A DNA stretch of 64,000 nucleotides from Anthoceros angustus. Its lineage: Eukaryota > Plantae > Anthocerotophyta. Shown here piece after piece: positions 63,362-64,000 of the stretch. The stretch lies in NCBI GenBank assembly GCA_010909165.1, contig VJWM01000108.1, positions 997,237-1,061,236 of the forward strand. Direction: 5' to 3'. The first letter of the stretch is position 1. Each line of letters opens with the position of its first letter. The notes below the pieces were generated by a model. The model was not told where the DNA came from. It made no database searches and was given only the letters and a program-made list of their open reading frames with translations. Both the position numbers and the translations under genes were made by a program.

Positions 63362-64000
63362 CCATTTTCCTTATGCACGCCGCCATCTTCACACTCTCCA
63401 CGTTCACTTGCTCGGCTCATGATTCAAAACATTCGCACACCCTTGGTGTGGTCGTCCCACAAGCACGTTGAGCAGCTTAGAGCTAGTAAATCGTGGTTTG
63501 CGAACCCGTCAAGATTCTAACATGCGATTTAGTAACTATAATATGCGTAGCTATAGAATAAGAAATTCTCCGATGCTATTATGCCATGACAATGACCAAA
63601 ACGGACTCATTGGCTAAACACGTAGCGATATACTCCAATCTCGCTTCACTACATCAATTTCATGATCGCTTGCATGGCTTGAAGACTTTTCACAAGAAAG
63701 AGGCCGAAGAGTGGTTTAATGAAATTATGAATAAAGTTAAAATAAAAAATCATTATATTAAAAATATATCATACAAATAAAAATTCTTATATAATAAAAT
63801 TACTATCTTTCATTATTAGCCTACATTACTCTCCTTCCTCTCCTTTGGTTGAACCTATATTGTAGGAGGAGGAGGAGCCACCTTCTCCACGGCGACCACT
63901 ACTCGAGATCCGGACATGGAAATTCCTCAACACCTTGGATATTCATGATATCCGGATGATGACTTTTCCAGCTCTGAATATACGGATGCATCAGCCGGTT

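Noticed and set aside
62865-63520. GP/WA/QA dipeptide-repeat ORFs
   Set aside because: Translations of the CCCAGG(G) array, which may itself be a basecalling artefact.

Overview
Plant nuclear DNA, most likely from a hornwort (inferred from GRP-type DYW:KP editing factors; a fern or lycophyte is not excluded). The consensus is indel-rich, as in long-read assemblies. 1-12.8 kb is a gene cluster of three paralogous PLS-class PPR genes. Each begins with an OSB-type PDF ssDNA-binding motif, and the two whose 3' ends lie in the window finish in a DYW:KP 'GRP' (U-to-C editing type) domain. A two-exon mitochondrial-type rpl36 lies head-to-head with the third gene. 13.4-62 kb is a nested repeat pile. 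It holds a duplicated composite block with a SAUR gene and gene fragments, and a degenerate Ty3/Gypsy-like element with a C5 DNA-methyltransferase domain between protease and the RT start. It also holds a 15-bp satellite, four related Copia-lineage elements (two with LTRs, PBS and TSD plus an extra 5' ORF and a 3' antisense hydrophobic ORF; one gag+protease-only element with an internal tRNA-like cassette; one fragmentary family), and a CACTA-like transposon with CCCTA termini. An interstitial TTTAGGG array followed by a CCCAGG(G) array lies at 62.6-63.4 kb. All coordinates were read by eye; no searches were run.
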